A stretch of 64,000 bases of DNA from assembly GCA_963796965.1 (NCBI GenBank), contig CAWCNS010000016.1:128001-192000 (forward strand), written 5' to 3'. The number at the start of each line of letters is the position of its first letter. The stretch's first letter is position 1. The position numbers were made by a program, and so were the translations under genes. The notes beneath the pieces were generated by a model. It was not told the origin of the DNA and searched no databases. It saw nothing but the letters and a program-made list of their open reading frames with translations. The stretch is from Calditrichia bacterium (GTDB lineage: Bacteria; Calditrichota; Calditrichia; JAJRVZ01). Below are positions 41,037-52,217 of this stretch, in pieces.

Positions 41037-42320
41037 TTAGGTATTAGGAATTCGGATCTTACCTAAGGTTTTCTTACCAAAGTCTTCCTCGAATTGTTCA
41101 TTAGTGTCATAAACATAGCCCAGAGATTTTTCCCAAATACTCGCTTTTTCCATGCACAAATAAAAGAATACATCATCCTTCCAAAGATTAAATGCCTCGT
41201 ATATTCGTTTGAACATTTTGACTTTTATATGATCCGGGTAAGTCATTTTGCCATGAGGATCGGTAACGAAGTCCATCTGCAATGTCTTCGTGGGATTGCC
41301 AAGTTTACGGATTTTTTGGATAACCGGTTTTATTAATGTAATAGATCCAAATGAAACAAATAGAACTTCGTTCGGATCAAAATTGTCGATAAGCTGCGCG
41401 GCTATCTGTGGATAATCGTCAAACCATCCCTTATAGTAGACCATGGGGTGAAAATGAAAGGCAACTTTTATTCCTGCATCGGCACATTTTCTTGCAGCCA
41501 AAATCCTATCCGAAAGAGAGGCCGTGAAATGCTCCTCGTTTTCAATAATTGTATTACTATTTAATGACCAGCTGCATACAATATTTGGGGGAATTTTATT
41601 CTCGAGAAAATATCTAATATTATTCGATTTTGTCTTAAACTCCATTAAAATGTTTTGATGGCTTGCTGCAAATTCAAGATGGGCATCGAGAATGCCATTG
41701 CGATTTCCCCAGACTAATGAATCTGAGGATTGCCCGGTGCCAAAATGATAAAAACGATTGGTATCAATGGGGATAGCTTTTAATTTTTCGCTAATATTTT
41801 TTTGTATACGGATATCCCCTTCATAAAAAGTCTGGATTGTGCAATAGCTGCACCCATAGACACAATTTTCTACTGTATCAATAGTATGAAGATTGCAGCA
41901 TATTGTCTTATCTGAAGCGACTGGACACATACCATGGATCTTTTTATCATTCTCTTCTGCTGTAATAATTCGCGATTCCCGCATTATGGGATGGAATTGA
42001 GATTCTTTTGGATAAACTTTTTCCTGCTCTTTTAATTGAGAAAGATAAGATTTTAGTTTGTAAAACAGATCTTTTTTGTCTCCTATTATTTTTTCTTCCG
42101 AATCATTATTATATTTTTTACACCATGAAATTATATCCGGTTCACCCCACATGGCCAAATCCCTGCTCGCTTCAACAAACTGACGGAATTCCTGGAAAGT
42201 AAATCTATAACGACGGGCCATCTCTTCAATAAATTGTCTTTGATCGGGCGTTAAATCTTCAAATAGGGTTTTACCCTTGAATGAATCGAACTTTGTTGTA
42301 TAATCAATTGTTTTTCTCAT
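41037..42320 (-). CDS. Radical SAM protein, spore photoproduct lyase-like family
   Basis: NCVYGCSYC.IQ, EFKTKS, SWSLN, E..TASL..RI.AA and FYLCME motifs; ~120-aa N-terminal extension. Confidence 0.8.
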   Translation of the reverse strand: MRKTIDYTTKFDSFKGKTLFEDLTPDQRQFIEEMARRYRFTFQEFRQFVEASRDLAMWGEPDIISWCKKYNNDSEEKIIGDKKDLFYKLKSYLSQLKEQEKVYPKESQFHPIMRESRIITAEENDKKIHGMCPVASDKTICCNLHTIDTVENCVYGCSYCTIQTFYEGDIRIQKNISEKLKAIPIDTNRFYHFGTGQSSDSLVWGNRNGILDAHLEFAASHQNILMEFKTKSNNIRYFLENKIPPNIVCSWSLNSNTIIENEEHFTASLSDRILAARKCADAGIKVAFHFHPMVYYKGWFDDYPQIAAQLIDNFDPNEVLFVSFGSITLIKPVIQKIRKLGNPTKTLQMDFVTDPHGKMTYPDHIKVKMFKRIYEAFNLWKDDVFFYLCMEKASIWEKSLGYVYDTNEQFEEDFGKKTLGKIRIPNT

Positions 42321-42544
42321 ACTATTTTTAATGATAATCTTGCCTTATATATTTCATATAAATCGATTGATATTCATATTTATCTGATTCTGGTCATATT
42401 GAAATAATTTAGGGTGAGGAGATTGATCAGGCAAGTAAACCAGGTTTAACATTTGAGAATATTTATTAATAATTTTGTATAATTTTTTTTTATTCTTAAT
42501 CTGCATAGTCTTAATTTTTAATAAATGAATTTTTGGAGCCATAA

Positions 42545-43306
42545 TTGAAAATTGCCCTGGTACAATTTGATCCGGAATGGGAAAATAAAGTTGAGAGTCA
42601 GAAAAGGATACTTGCATTATTGGACAAGTTAGATTCAGATGTCTCATTGATTATTTTTCCAGAATTAACCCTAACAGGATTTACAATGCGATCAAAAAGG
42701 TTCTCGGAAGGCTTATCTGGAAAAACCATCAATTTTTTTTCTCAATTGGCAACCGACTATTCTACCCATATTATAGCCGGATTGATCGAGGCAAGTGACG
42801 AAAAATATTATAATACTTTGGTACATCTAAATGATTCCGGAAAACTTATCTCAAAATATCAAAAAATTCACCCATTTACTTTTACGGGTGAAGACAGACA
42901 TTATAGTTCTGGAAAAAATCCCACAATTACAAAGATCGGGAATATAAAAATTGGACTCAGTATCTGTTATGACCTTCGTTTTCCAGAACTTTACCGCTTT
43001 TATGCCAAAGAAAATGTTGATTTAATTGTAGATATTGCTAACTGGCCCGAGGTGCGAATCGACCATTGGTATTCTTTATTGAAGGCCAGGGCTATCGAGA
43101 ATCTATCCTATGTAATTGGTGTAAATCGTGTGGGTGAGGATAAGGCAAACCGCTATGTGGGTTGGAGTACAGTATTTCATCCCGGTGGTAAAGAATTGTT
43201 ATGTGCTAAAGATGAGGTGAAAATAGTACATACTGAGATCAATAAGGAAGTAGTAACGGAGGTTCGCACTACGTTTCCATTTCTAAATGATATTCGATTA
43301 ATTTAA
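42545..43306 (+). CDS. Carbon-nitrogen hydrolase (omega-amidase YafV/Nit-like)
   Basis: E-K-C triad FPEL / YQKIH / ICYDLRFPE; ANWP and ARAIEN motifs. Confidence 0.92.
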   Translation: MKIALVQFDPEWENKVESQKRILALLDKLDSDVSLIIFPELTLTGFTMRSKRFSEGLSGKTINFFSQLATDYSTHIIAGLIEASDEKYYNTLVHLNDSGKLISKYQKIHPFTFTGEDRHYSSGKNPTITKIGNIKIGLSICYDLRFPELYRFYAKENVDLIVDIANWPEVRIDHWYSLLKARAIENLSYVIGVNRVGEDKANRYVGWSTVFHPGGKELLCAKDEVKIVHTEINKEVVTEVRTTFPFLNDIRLI

Positions 43307-43608
43307 AATACCAGAATCTATCAATTTGTTTCCTCATGAAATGATCTATCGATAAGTTCCCTTTCCTTTTCGTAGGGTACCATGGGTGGGGTTAAAACCA
43401 CTCAGGAAAGTCTGAAAACGTATCACTATTATCTACCCACATCCTGGTGGGCATATTCGAGTTCTCTTGAAAAGAGTCGATGTAACCAAGGCTTCCTAAG
43501 AGAAGTGAGAAATGAAGACATCGGCTGATTCTATTTTATTCATTGGATTGGAATTTCATAAACAAATGCCTGATTATAATAAATAACAAAATCATGTGAG
43601 GTGAAAAA

Positions 43609-44632
43609 TTGCGAGCCATAAATCATAAACGAATCGGCGGCCCATCTGTGTTAAAAATAACTGAAGTCCCCGATCCGGATGCCGGGAAAGGCGAAGTTCT
43701 GGTTAAATTATCATACGCAGGGATCAATTTTGCTGAAATACTTTCGAGAAAAGGACTCTATGGCTGGGCGCCCAAACGACCCTATATTCTGGGTATGGAA
43801 GGTTCGGGAATAATTGAGAAAGTCGGGGAGGGTGTTGACCCTTCCCGGATTGGTGAAAAAGTGGTTGTTGGTGTGCAGCATGGTTGTTATGCGGAAAAAA
43901 TTGCCCTTCCGGCGGCACAGGCATTGCCTGTCCTGCCCTATCTTTCCATGGAGGAGAATGCCGCCTTGTTGGTCAATTATATGACTGCCTGGGTTGCTCT
44001 TATAGAATCGGTGAAACTTCAAAAAAATGAATCGGTGTTAGTGACTGCAGCAGCGGGTGGTGTGGGAACAGCTGCTGTACAGATTGCTTCAAAATATGGC
44101 TGTCCAACATATGGAATGGTGGGCAGTATAGAAAAGATAGACCTTGTGAAAAAACTGGGGGCTACCGAGGTTTTTAATTATCGTCAAAAAAACTGGATAG
44201 AGGAATTTGAGGAAAAAATAGGGAAAGTAGATGTTGTTCTTGAAATGGTTGGCGGGGAAGTGAACAGACAGAGTCTATAAATTTCTAAATTATTTTGGCC
44301 GTTTGATTGTTGTGGGATATGCTTCTCTAAATCCCACTTTATGGAATCCAGTCTCTTGGTGGCGCACATGGCGCGATATTCCCAGAGTTGATCTTATGGA
44401 AATTGCTACGATATCTGCCGGTGCAATGGCTACTCATCTGGGCTATTTACTTAAAGATCCTGAGAAAATGACACAGGTTTATAACAGAATGAAGGATTTT
44501 CTTGTTGAGCAAAATATAAAACCCGTTGTTAGCCGGGTTTTTCCCCTTGAAGAAGCCGGGATAGCACAGGCTTTTATTGAGTCCCGACAGAGCACCGGGA
44601 AGGTTTTGCTGAAGATAAACGATCAAATATAG
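43609..44632 (+). CDS. MDR-superfamily NADPH:quinone oxidoreductase-like protein; frameshifted near 44280
   Basis: GINFAE, GMEGSG, NYMTAW and AAAGGVGTAAVQ motifs, then GRLIVVG..STGKVLL in the next frame. Confidence 0.88.
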
Positions 44633-44870
44633 GTCAATAACACTTCTGGATTTTATTAATTGCAATATAAATTGTACAAATTTTCTTTGCGATTAAATTA
44701 GAAATTTTTTACTTTCAGCCATATTTTTGCACCTGGTCACATTTTTATTGTTCTCTCCTGTTTAAATTATATAGAGTTAAATATGACAGAATTACAAGGA
44801 ACTTGTTGCATGAATGTGAATCATCACATTCGCCCATGGAATTCAATAGTTTAATCAGAAAGGAAATGGT

Positions 44871-45173
44871 GTGAAGATTTATATTGACAATCTGGCTGAA
44901 AGCGTAAATGAAAAAGATTTAAGGAATGCTTTTGAAAAATATGGCGATGTCAATTCCATCGAGGTACAAAAGCATCGATTTGGGAATAAACGCAGGGGGT
45001 ATGCATATCTGGATATGCCGAGTGATGAGGATGCCATGAAGGCCATGAAGGCATTATATGGGCATAATATCAAAGGTACCCCAATAAAAGTCAATCAGGC
45101 GCGAACGGGACCCAAGGATCGTAGAAACAGTTCCAGGGGGGGAAGGCGTCTAACAGATTCACCCATTGTGTAA
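44871..45173 (+). CDS. RRM-domain RNA-binding protein
   Basis: RNP2 IYIDNL, RNP1 RGYAYLDM, and IKVNQAR. Confidence 0.9.
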   Translation: MKIYIDNLAESVNEKDLRNAFEKYGDVNSIEVQKHRFGNKRRGYAYLDMPSDEDAMKAMKALYGHNIKGTPIKVNQARTGPKDRRNSSRGGRRLTDSPIV

Positions 45174-45242
45174 AAGACTTTGTAATTACATTTTTAAATT
45201 TGTTTCCGAACATTTCGCTCGATGAATCAGAAAGGAGATATA

Positions 45243-45774
45243 ATGAATGATTTAATTATTCGTATGATTAGGGCTGCCAAACTTGATGTTAATTTGTATG
45301 AAGAGGTTGAAGCAGACAAAGGAACTATGGGACAGGCTACGTTGGTGGTTGTCCTATCCAGTCTTGCGGCGGGAATTGGCAGTATGGCTTTATTAGGTAT
45401 CGGTGGTGTCATTGGTACGGTTCTTTTAGCATTAGTTGGTTGGTATATTTGGGCATATCTTACTTTTCTCATTGGCACAAAATTATTACCTGAACCTCAG
45501 ACAGAAGCCGATTTGGGGCAAATGTTGAGAACTATTGGATTTGCCAGCTCTCCTGGCTTAATCAGAATATTAGGAATTATCCCCGGATTAAATATTATAG
45601 TAAATTTAGTGGCCTCTATCTGGATGCTCGTGGCTATGGTTATTGCTGTTCGCCAGGCCTTGGATTATAAAGGCACTCTCCGAGTCTGTCTTGGTCTGTG
45701 TCATTGGGTTTATTATCTACCTTATAATCATGATGCTTATCACGTCATTATTTGGATCTCCCTATCCTGCTTAG
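45243..45774 (+). CDS. YIP1-family membrane protein; frameshifted near 45685
   Basis: RAAKLD..YEEVEAD, LRTIGFASSPG and AVRQALDY; the hydrophobic end VLVCVIGFIIYL..PYPA stops at TAG 45774 in another frame. Confidence 0.8.
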
Positions 45775-45782
45775 GAATCAGT

Positions 45783-46355
45783 ATGTTTCGTGAATTATTA
45801 CTTAAAAACAGAAGTTGTCGGCGATTTTATGAAAAGGAGGCTGTGAGTGACGAGATCCTCAAGGAATTGATTGATCTTGCTCGAATAGCACCATCCGCAT
45901 CAAATTTGCAGCCCCTAAAGTATGTTGTCAGCAACAATCCTGAAATGAATAACAAAATATTCCCCCATTTAAGTTGGGCTGGTTACCTAACAAATTGGTC
46001 AGGGCCCAAAACAGGCGAACGTCCGGCCGCTTATATTATAATACTTGGGGATACATCCGTTGTAAAATCATTTAATTGTGATCATGGCATTGCGGCACAA
46101 ACTTTATTGCTTGGTGCCTGTGAAAAAGATTTAAAAGGGTGCATCATAGGATCTATCAATCGGGAAGCCATATATAAAGCGTTGAAAATACCTCCGATGT
46201 ATAAGATTTTACTCATCATTGCCCTTGGCAAGCCAAGGGAGGAGATTGTACTCGAAAGCGTAAAAGAGGATGGTGATATAAGATATTGGCGTGATGATAA
46301 TAATGTCCATCATGTTCCAAAAAGAAATCTTGATGACATTATTTTAAAATTATAA
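45783..46355 (+). CDS. Nitroreductase family protein
   Basis: NRSCRRF, APSASNLQPL, WAGYL..W.GP, DHGIAAQT and HHVPKR motifs; own ATG at 45783. Confidence 0.9.
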   Translation: MFRELLLKNRSCRRFYEKEAVSDEILKELIDLARIAPSASNLQPLKYVVSNNPEMNNKIFPHLSWAGYLTNWSGPKTGERPAAYIIILGDTSVVKSFNCDHGIAAQTLLLGACEKDLKGCIIGSINREAIYKALKIPPMYKILLIIALGKPREEIVLESVKEDGDIRYWRDDNNVHHVPKRNLDDIILKL

Positions 46356-46639
46356 TATCTGAAAATATAGATTTCTCATTTAGAAGATTTTGTGCTGTGG
46401 TCTGACGATGCTTTCTAATGATTAAATAATAAATTTATAGATCGTTTCCAGATGAAAGACTATCACAAAATCAAGTATCTATATGCTTGAGAAAATCAAT
46501 ATATCCTACTCTGACTCTCTTCCTGATTTATCATATTTATAGAAGTGAAGACAATATCCAGATCAAAATAGAAAATGTTGTAATTACAATTCTTCTTTCA
46601 AATAGTCCCCAAATAATAACCTATTTATGATGTGCTACT

Positions 46640-47998
46640 ATGACGAATAAATCCTTCCGGTTCACAAGCCACTTTTTTATTTTTATCCTATTACTTTTCT
46701 CATTAGGGTTTTCTACCCTTCAGGGAGATAAAGATGATCTAGCTATGCGTGCAGTGAATTTTGTCAAATTTCTTTCGACAAGCGAGTATGAAACCGCCGT
46801 TTCATATTTTGATTCGAATGTTAAGAATCTGATAACCCGTAATAAACTAGAGAATATATGGATAGATATAACAGGTAAGGTCGGGGCCTTCAAATCAATT
46901 AAAAAAGTGAAGCAGGTAAAACAAGGCAACTATCAAATAATATTTGTCACCTGTAAGTTTGAATTAATGGACCTTGATATAAAACTTTCTTTTAATGATG
47001 GCAATGAAATCGCTGGAATGTATTTTGTCCCCGCTGCTTCAGGAACTGAATATAAAACACCGCCATATGTCTTGCCGGGGAAGTTTAAAAATGAGTTAGT
47101 TAGTTTTGGTGCGGATCCTTGGAAATTACCCGGAACGCTATCCATTCCAAATAAATCTAAATTACACCCTGTTGTTATACTGGTTCATGGATCAGGCCCG
47201 AATGATAGGGATGAAACCATTGGACCAAACAAACCTTTCCGCGATATTGCCGAAGGACTTGCCAGCAAAGAAATCGCTGTGCTGCGGTATGAAAAACGTA
47301 CAAAGCATCACCAGGCTGCAATCTCGGAGATGAAAAACAGTATGACTGTAAATGAAGAGACAGTTATAGATGCTCTTGCTGCAATCGAATTTCTATGTGC
47401 AAGAGAGGATATTGATCGGGAAAGAATCTTTTTATTGGGACATAGCCTTGGCGGAATGATGGTGCCCAGGATTGGTTTAAAAGATTCTGTATGTACTGGT
47501 TTTATCCTATTGGCTGCACCAAACAGGCCTCTGGAAGACGCTATCCTGGATCAAATAACCTATATTTTTAATCTTGATAGTGTCTATTCTGAAGAAGAAA
47601 TGACTAAAATTCAGGAAATTAAGATGCAGGTCAATCGGGTTAAGCAACCAAATCTAAGTACAGATATGCCGGCTGATAGTCTGCCTTTAGGAATAAGCGC
47701 TCGTTATTGGCTTGATTTGAGAGATTATAAACCTTCCGAAGAGGCAAGGAATCTAAAACGTCCCCTATTAATCCTTCATGGTGAAAGAGACTATCAGGTG
47801 ACTTCCGCCGATCTTACGGGTTGGAGAAAAAATCTCGCCTATGAAAATGATGTCGAAATTATAGTTTTTCCGGGTTTAAATCATCTTTTTATAACCGGTG
47901 ATGGCCCAAGCCGACCAGAAGAGTACATGAAATCTGGAAATGTTGCGCCTGAGGTAATCCAGACCATTGTAAATTGGATTGAGGGTCTCGAGAATTAA
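46640..47998 (+). CDS. Secreted alpha/beta hydrolase with N-terminal DUF3887 domain
   Basis: Signal peptide, VHGSGPNDRDE, GHSLGG, GERDYQV and LNHLF motifs. Confidence 0.9.
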   Translation: MTNKSFRFTSHFFIFILLLFSLGFSTLQGDKDDLAMRAVNFVKFLSTSEYETAVSYFDSNVKNLITRNKLENIWIDITGKVGAFKSIKKVKQVKQGNYQIIFVTCKFELMDLDIKLSFNDGNEIAGMYFVPAASGTEYKTPPYVLPGKFKNELVSFGADPWKLPGTLSIPNKSKLHPVVILVHGSGPNDRDETIGPNKPFRDIAEGLASKEIAVLRYEKRTKHHQAAISEMKNSMTVNEETVIDALAAIEFLCAREDIDRERIFLLGHSLGGMMVPRIGLKDSVCTGFILLAAPNRPLEDAILDQITYIFNLDSVYSEEEMTKIQEIKMQVNRVKQPNLSTDMPADSLPLGISARYWLDLRDYKPSEEARNLKRPLLILHGERDYQVTSADLTGWRKNLAYENDVEIIVFPGLNHLFITGDGPSRPEEYMKSGNVAPEVIQTIVNWIEGLEN

Positions 47999-48002
47999 CA
48001 AT

Positions 48003-49217
48003 ATGAAATCTATCCTAGTATATATTTTTATTATCGTTATATACTCCTTTAATGATTTGATTGCGCAGGAGCAGTTGTTTAACTCCTTTAATGGGACCAG
48101 TGCGCGGGCAGCAGGGATGGGCCAGGCCTATACTGCTCTCGTCGATGATCCCACGGCTATCTACTGGAATCCTGCAGCAATGAGCATTATTAAAAATGGT
48201 TATGCCGGGTTAATGTTAAGGCGTGGCAGCAAATCATTTTCTTCGAATACAGATAATTCCCCCTATATTAAAAATTGGGAAGTATCAGCCAGACCCGTCA
48301 CTGATCTTGGTTTTTTGGGAATTGTATTCCCTTTTCATGCCGGGATAGCAAACACAACCCTGGGAGTCGGAGTTAGAAGAAGTGTTGCTTTTCCACAGGA
48401 GCAAACAGAGGAAATAATCAATAATCATGACGAAAACTATAAATTAAATTATAATCATGATGGAGAGTTGAGTGTATTTACAGTGGCAATTTCTCTCAGT
48501 CTGAGTGAAAAGTTGTCTTTGGGGGGTACTTTTAACTTTTATACCGGTGAGGAAGTTTTGAGTCTCAAATCATCAAACCAAGGCGCCGGAGAAGAAGTAT
48601 TATATAATATTACCCAGGAATATTCACGAACGTCTTTCGATATGGGTGTCCGCTATCAATATCAACACAACTGGATCTTTGGTTTAAAAATTAACTTCCC
48701 TTTTACTCTGGCTATCAAACAAACCATTGGTCTGACCAATCCGGTTGTCAGGAGTGAACTGATTTCTTTTCCCTTATATTTTAATTTAGCTGCGGCGTAT
48801 CTTATAAATGAGGACATTAAAATTACTGCAGATTATTTTTACAGACCGTGGCAATTAGTGAAAATGAATTCACTGGAATCAGAATATCAATTAACCGAAC
48901 ATTCCCTCCATTCACTACATCTTGGAGGGGAATATTTAATGGCTATTTTTGAAATGCCTTTAGCCCTTCGCCTTGGTTATTATGCTGTTCCCACTCTCTT
49001 CACAAATAGTTCAAATGTTCAACGGGTTAATCATGCTTTGACTGCTGGAGTAGGTTATCCTGGTAACTGGATAATCATAAATTTTGGGCTGGAATGGATT
49101 CCTGCCACCTATAAGACAGACGCTTTGAGTAATAGTGTTTCCAATATCCCTTCAGATATATCAATAGAGACTCGGACTATACAGATCAGTTTTGATCTTT
49201 TTTTGCGAATCACCTAA
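48003..49217 (+). CDS. Outer-membrane beta-barrel, FadL/TodX/PorV-like
   Basis: SARAAGMG.AY.A..DDPTAIYWNPAA N-terminal motif and LALRLGY. Confidence 0.78.
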   Translation: MKSILVYIFIIVIYSFNDLIAQEQLFNSFNGTSARAAGMGQAYTALVDDPTAIYWNPAAMSIIKNGYAGLMLRRGSKSFSSNTDNSPYIKNWEVSARPVTDLGFLGIVFPFHAGIANTTLGVGVRRSVAFPQEQTEEIINNHDENYKLNYNHDGELSVFTVAISLSLSEKLSLGGTFNFYTGEEVLSLKSSNQGAGEEVLYNITQEYSRTSFDMGVRYQYQHNWIFGLKINFPFTLAIKQTIGLTNPVVRSELISFPLYFNLAAAYLINEDIKITADYFYRPWQLVKMNSLESEYQLTEHSLHSLHLGGEYLMAIFEMPLALRLGYYAVPTLFTNSSNVQRVNHALTAGVGYPGNWIIINFGLEWIPATYKTDALSNSVSNIPSDISIETRTIQISFDLFLRIT

Positions 49218-49292
49218 TTTATCTCTATCGTTATTTTCATTAATTACTTGTTATGTTTTTTATAAGTTTGTTTTCAGGAGATCACTATCAAT

Positions 49293-50561
49293 ATGAAACG
49301 AATCCAACATTTAATATTATATATTTTTGTTTTTAGCACGCTTTCACTTTCTCTCGCCCAGCAGAACCCCGTCAATCACGAACGGGCAAATGATATTGAG
49401 ATAAAGCTGGTTACCATCGGTCCAGGCGATGACCTTACCTCATGGTGGGGACATACGGCAGTGATTGTCGATGATAAACGTCTAAATTCATCCTTATTTT
49501 ATAATTATGGGTTATTTTCTTTTGATCAGGACAACTTTATAATCAATTTTGCCATGGGACGTCTGATTTTTTGGGTGGCTGCATGGAATACCCGCGACGC
49601 CCTTGCTCATTATTTGAGTCTTAACAGGGATATTAGGATGCAAGTTCTCGATCTGACCCCCGAAAAAAAGATAAAAATGGTTAAATTCCTGGCAAATAAC
49701 ATTAGGCCTGAAAACAGATCCTATTTATATCATCATTATCGGGATAATTGTTCTACCCGTGTACGAGATCTGATTGATCATGTGCTGGATGGTCAGTTCT
49801 TTCCCGAAATGCAAAATACCTCTATCTATACATTCAGGCAGCATACCATAAGACATACAGATCGTAGTTTTGTAATGAATTGGATTCTAATGTTTTTAAT
49901 GAGCGATAATATTGATCAGGAAATATTTGTTTGGGATGACATGTTTTTACCCGAAGAGATGGAAAAGAACGTGGATAAAATTTTCTATATGGATGAGAAT
50001 GGAACCAGGCGCAAGTTAGTTAAATCCTCCTACCCTTATTATGAGGCAAAGAACAGAGCATCATTACCAAAGGGAGTTCCGGTCAACTGGCCGCTAGGCT
50101 TGTTTTATGGTATATTACTGGGATTAATTGCCCTTGTGTCGGGGGTATTATTGGATAAGGGTTATAACTACTCAAACCATCTATTTGGTAGCTTCCATAT
50201 TATAATTGGTGGGATTTTTGGAGTTCCCGGTCTGGTTTTGTTCTTTTTAAATTTCTTTACCGATCACACCGTCACCTATAATAACGAAAATCTTTTACTT
50301 TCAAATCCGTTAACATTTCTGTATCTACCCCTGGGCATCTTTTTAATTTTAGGTAAAAAATTTAGTCATCGATGGCTCTCCATCCTATCTTACCTCCTTG
50401 CAGGGTCAGGATTGTTGTTATTGATTTTGAAAATATTACCAGCATTTGATCAAAGAAACGAATTGTCAATTGCTTTAATCCTTCCTGTCTCAATTGGTAT
50501 GGCAGTTTCGTGGTATCTCCAGGGTAAAGATCTTTTCGGTGAGCCTAAAATAGATCAATGA
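49293..50561 (+). CDS. DUF4105 domain membrane protein (Lnb-like lipoprotein N-acyltransferase)
   Basis: GPG...WWGHTA, YNYG.F.F, Y.Y..DNCSTR.RD and MFLP motifs plus C-terminal TMs. Confidence 0.8.
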   Translation: MKRIQHLILYIFVFSTLSLSLAQQNPVNHERANDIEIKLVTIGPGDDLTSWWGHTAVIVDDKRLNSSLFYNYGLFSFDQDNFIINFAMGRLIFWVAAWNTRDALAHYLSLNRDIRMQVLDLTPEKKIKMVKFLANNIRPENRSYLYHHYRDNCSTRVRDLIDHVLDGQFFPEMQNTSIYTFRQHTIRHTDRSFVMNWILMFLMSDNIDQEIFVWDDMFLPEEMEKNVDKIFYMDENGTRRKLVKSSYPYYEAKNRASLPKGVPVNWPLGLFYGILLGLIALVSGVLLDKGYNYSNHLFGSFHIIIGGIFGVPGLVLFFLNFFTDHTVTYNNENLLLSNPLTFLYLPLGIFLILGKKFSHRWLSILSYLLAGSGLLLLILKILPAFDQRNELSIALILPVSIGMAVSWYLQGKDLFGEPKIDQ

Positions 50562-50654
50562 CTAATATTATAAAGATCTTCATAAATCTGTAAAAGATTT
50601 GTATTTCTCTGCGTTGTTCCATTTACTTGAATTTCTAATCCAATTTAATTATCA

Positions 50655-51956
50655 ATGAATAAAAGAATATTAAAATTAGTTATACCTAATATTATCAGCA
50701 ATTTAACTGTCCCGCTTCTTAGCTCGGTTGATACGGCTTTGATGGGTCACCTGAGTGAAATATATTATTTAGGGGCCATAGCTGTCGGTGGAATGATCTT
50801 TAACTTTATTTATTGGGGGTTTGGATTTCTACGGATGGGAACCACAGGACTTACGGCCCAGGCTTATGGCAAAAAAGATGATAATGAAAGTATTAATACT
50901 TTAGGGAGAGCGCTCTTAACCGCCCTTGTATTCAGCCTGGTTTTAATCTTGCTCAGAAAACAAATTATTGATATCAGTTTTTTGATCATAGACGCGAGTC
51001 CCCAGGTGGAAATACATGGACGGATTTATTTTTCGATACGTATTTTGGCTGCACCGGCAACGTTGAGTCTTTATGCCGTTACGGGATGGTTTCTCGGGAT
51101 GCAAAATGCCCGATTTCCTCTAATACTCGCATTGGTTATCAATATTTGTAATATTCTTTTTAATCTGCTTTTTATAAAGTATTTTTCTATGACTGTTGAT
51201 GGTGTGGCGCTTGGAACTGTCTTTGCAAATTATATTGGCGTAATAACGGCATATATTCTGATTATAAAATCATATAAGAATCTGTTAAAAAAACTAAATT
51301 TAAGTACAATACTAAATGCTGGGTTATTTAGGAAATTTTTCAAAGTCAGCCGCGACATTTTTATCCGAACCCTGATTCTTATTTTTGCTTTCTCCTTTTT
51401 TACAGCTGTTTCAGCGAAAAGCGGGGATTTGATACTTGCTGCTAATACGATTCTTATAAACCTGTGGACAATAATGGCCTATGGGATTGATGGTTTTGCC
51501 TTTGCGGCCGAGAGTCTGATCGGAAGATACTTCGGTGCGAATGACAGAAAGCGATTAAATAAAGCAGTTGGATTGTCATTTAGTTGGGGATTTGGGCTGG
51601 CACTTTTATTTACAATAACTTACTTTGTTGTTCCTGAATGGATTTTAGGAATTTTTACTAACAAACAGGATGTTATTAACCTGGCACTTCAATTGATGCT
51701 CTGGACCCAGTTAGCACCTTTAATTAGTTGTTTTTGTTATATTTGGGATGGTGTGTTTATTGGGGCAACGGCCACAGCAGCCATGCGTAACTCTATGATC
51801 GTAAGTTTAATTGTGTTTTATTTGCCTGTTTATTACCTAACACGTGACTTCTTTGGTATTCAGGCATTATGGGTTTCATTGACAGTATTTATGCTTGTCC
51901 GGGGTGCTACCTTAGCTTTATTATATAGGCCTGCCATACTAAATAAAATTAACTAA
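50655..51956 (+). CDS. MATE efflux transporter, DinF-like
   Basis: PNIISNLTVPLL..VDTA, FGFLRMGTTGLTAQA and DGFAFAAE motifs. Confidence 0.92.
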   Translation: MNKRILKLVIPNIISNLTVPLLSSVDTALMGHLSEIYYLGAIAVGGMIFNFIYWGFGFLRMGTTGLTAQAYGKKDDNESINTLGRALLTALVFSLVLILLRKQIIDISFLIIDASPQVEIHGRIYFSIRILAAPATLSLYAVTGWFLGMQNARFPLILALVINICNILFNLLFIKYFSMTVDGVALGTVFANYIGVITAYILIIKSYKNLLKKLNLSTILNAGLFRKFFKVSRDIFIRTLILIFAFSFFTAVSAKSGDLILAANTILINLWTIMAYGIDGFAFAAESLIGRYFGANDRKRLNKAVGLSFSWGFGLALLFTITYFVVPEWILGIFTNKQDVINLALQLMLWTQLAPLISCFCYIWDGVFIGATATAAMRNSMIVSLIVFYLPVYYLTRDFFGIQALWVSLTVFMLVRGATLALLYRPAILNKIN

Positions 51957-52217
51957 ACTGAGAATCAAAGGTAAAGTTCTTTTTTCTCGGGAACATTAAT
52001 GAGGCCATCTGGTTGATAAATGAAATATTCAGATTCGTTTCGAGGGAATTTATATTGGAATGATTCATTTAAAAAGATAGATTTTACATACTTGCGATAG
52101 CCTGTGAATTCTTATTAAATTAAGGGTCTCGTGAATGTTGGGTAGGAATAGAGTGGAAATAAATATACTTTATTGAAATGAAGATATATACCAAAAACTT
52201 TTTTAAGGAATTTGATT

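Noticed and set aside
43440..43530. TIR-like fragments (DVFISH, RELEYA) on the minus strand
   Set aside because: They lie in different frames, are interrupted by stops and are too close together for a TIR domain; likely coincidence.
44812..44831. CRP/Rex operator in GAATGTGA-ATCA-TCACATTC upstream of the RRM gene
   Set aside because: The TGTGA/TCACA spacing is 4 rather than 6, so it is more likely a simple leader hairpin.
45222..46355. Apparent YIP1-nitroreductase fusion (377 aa)
   Set aside because: An indel near 45685 creates it. The YIP1 hydrophobic tail stops at 45774 in another frame and the nitroreductase has its own ATG at 45783.
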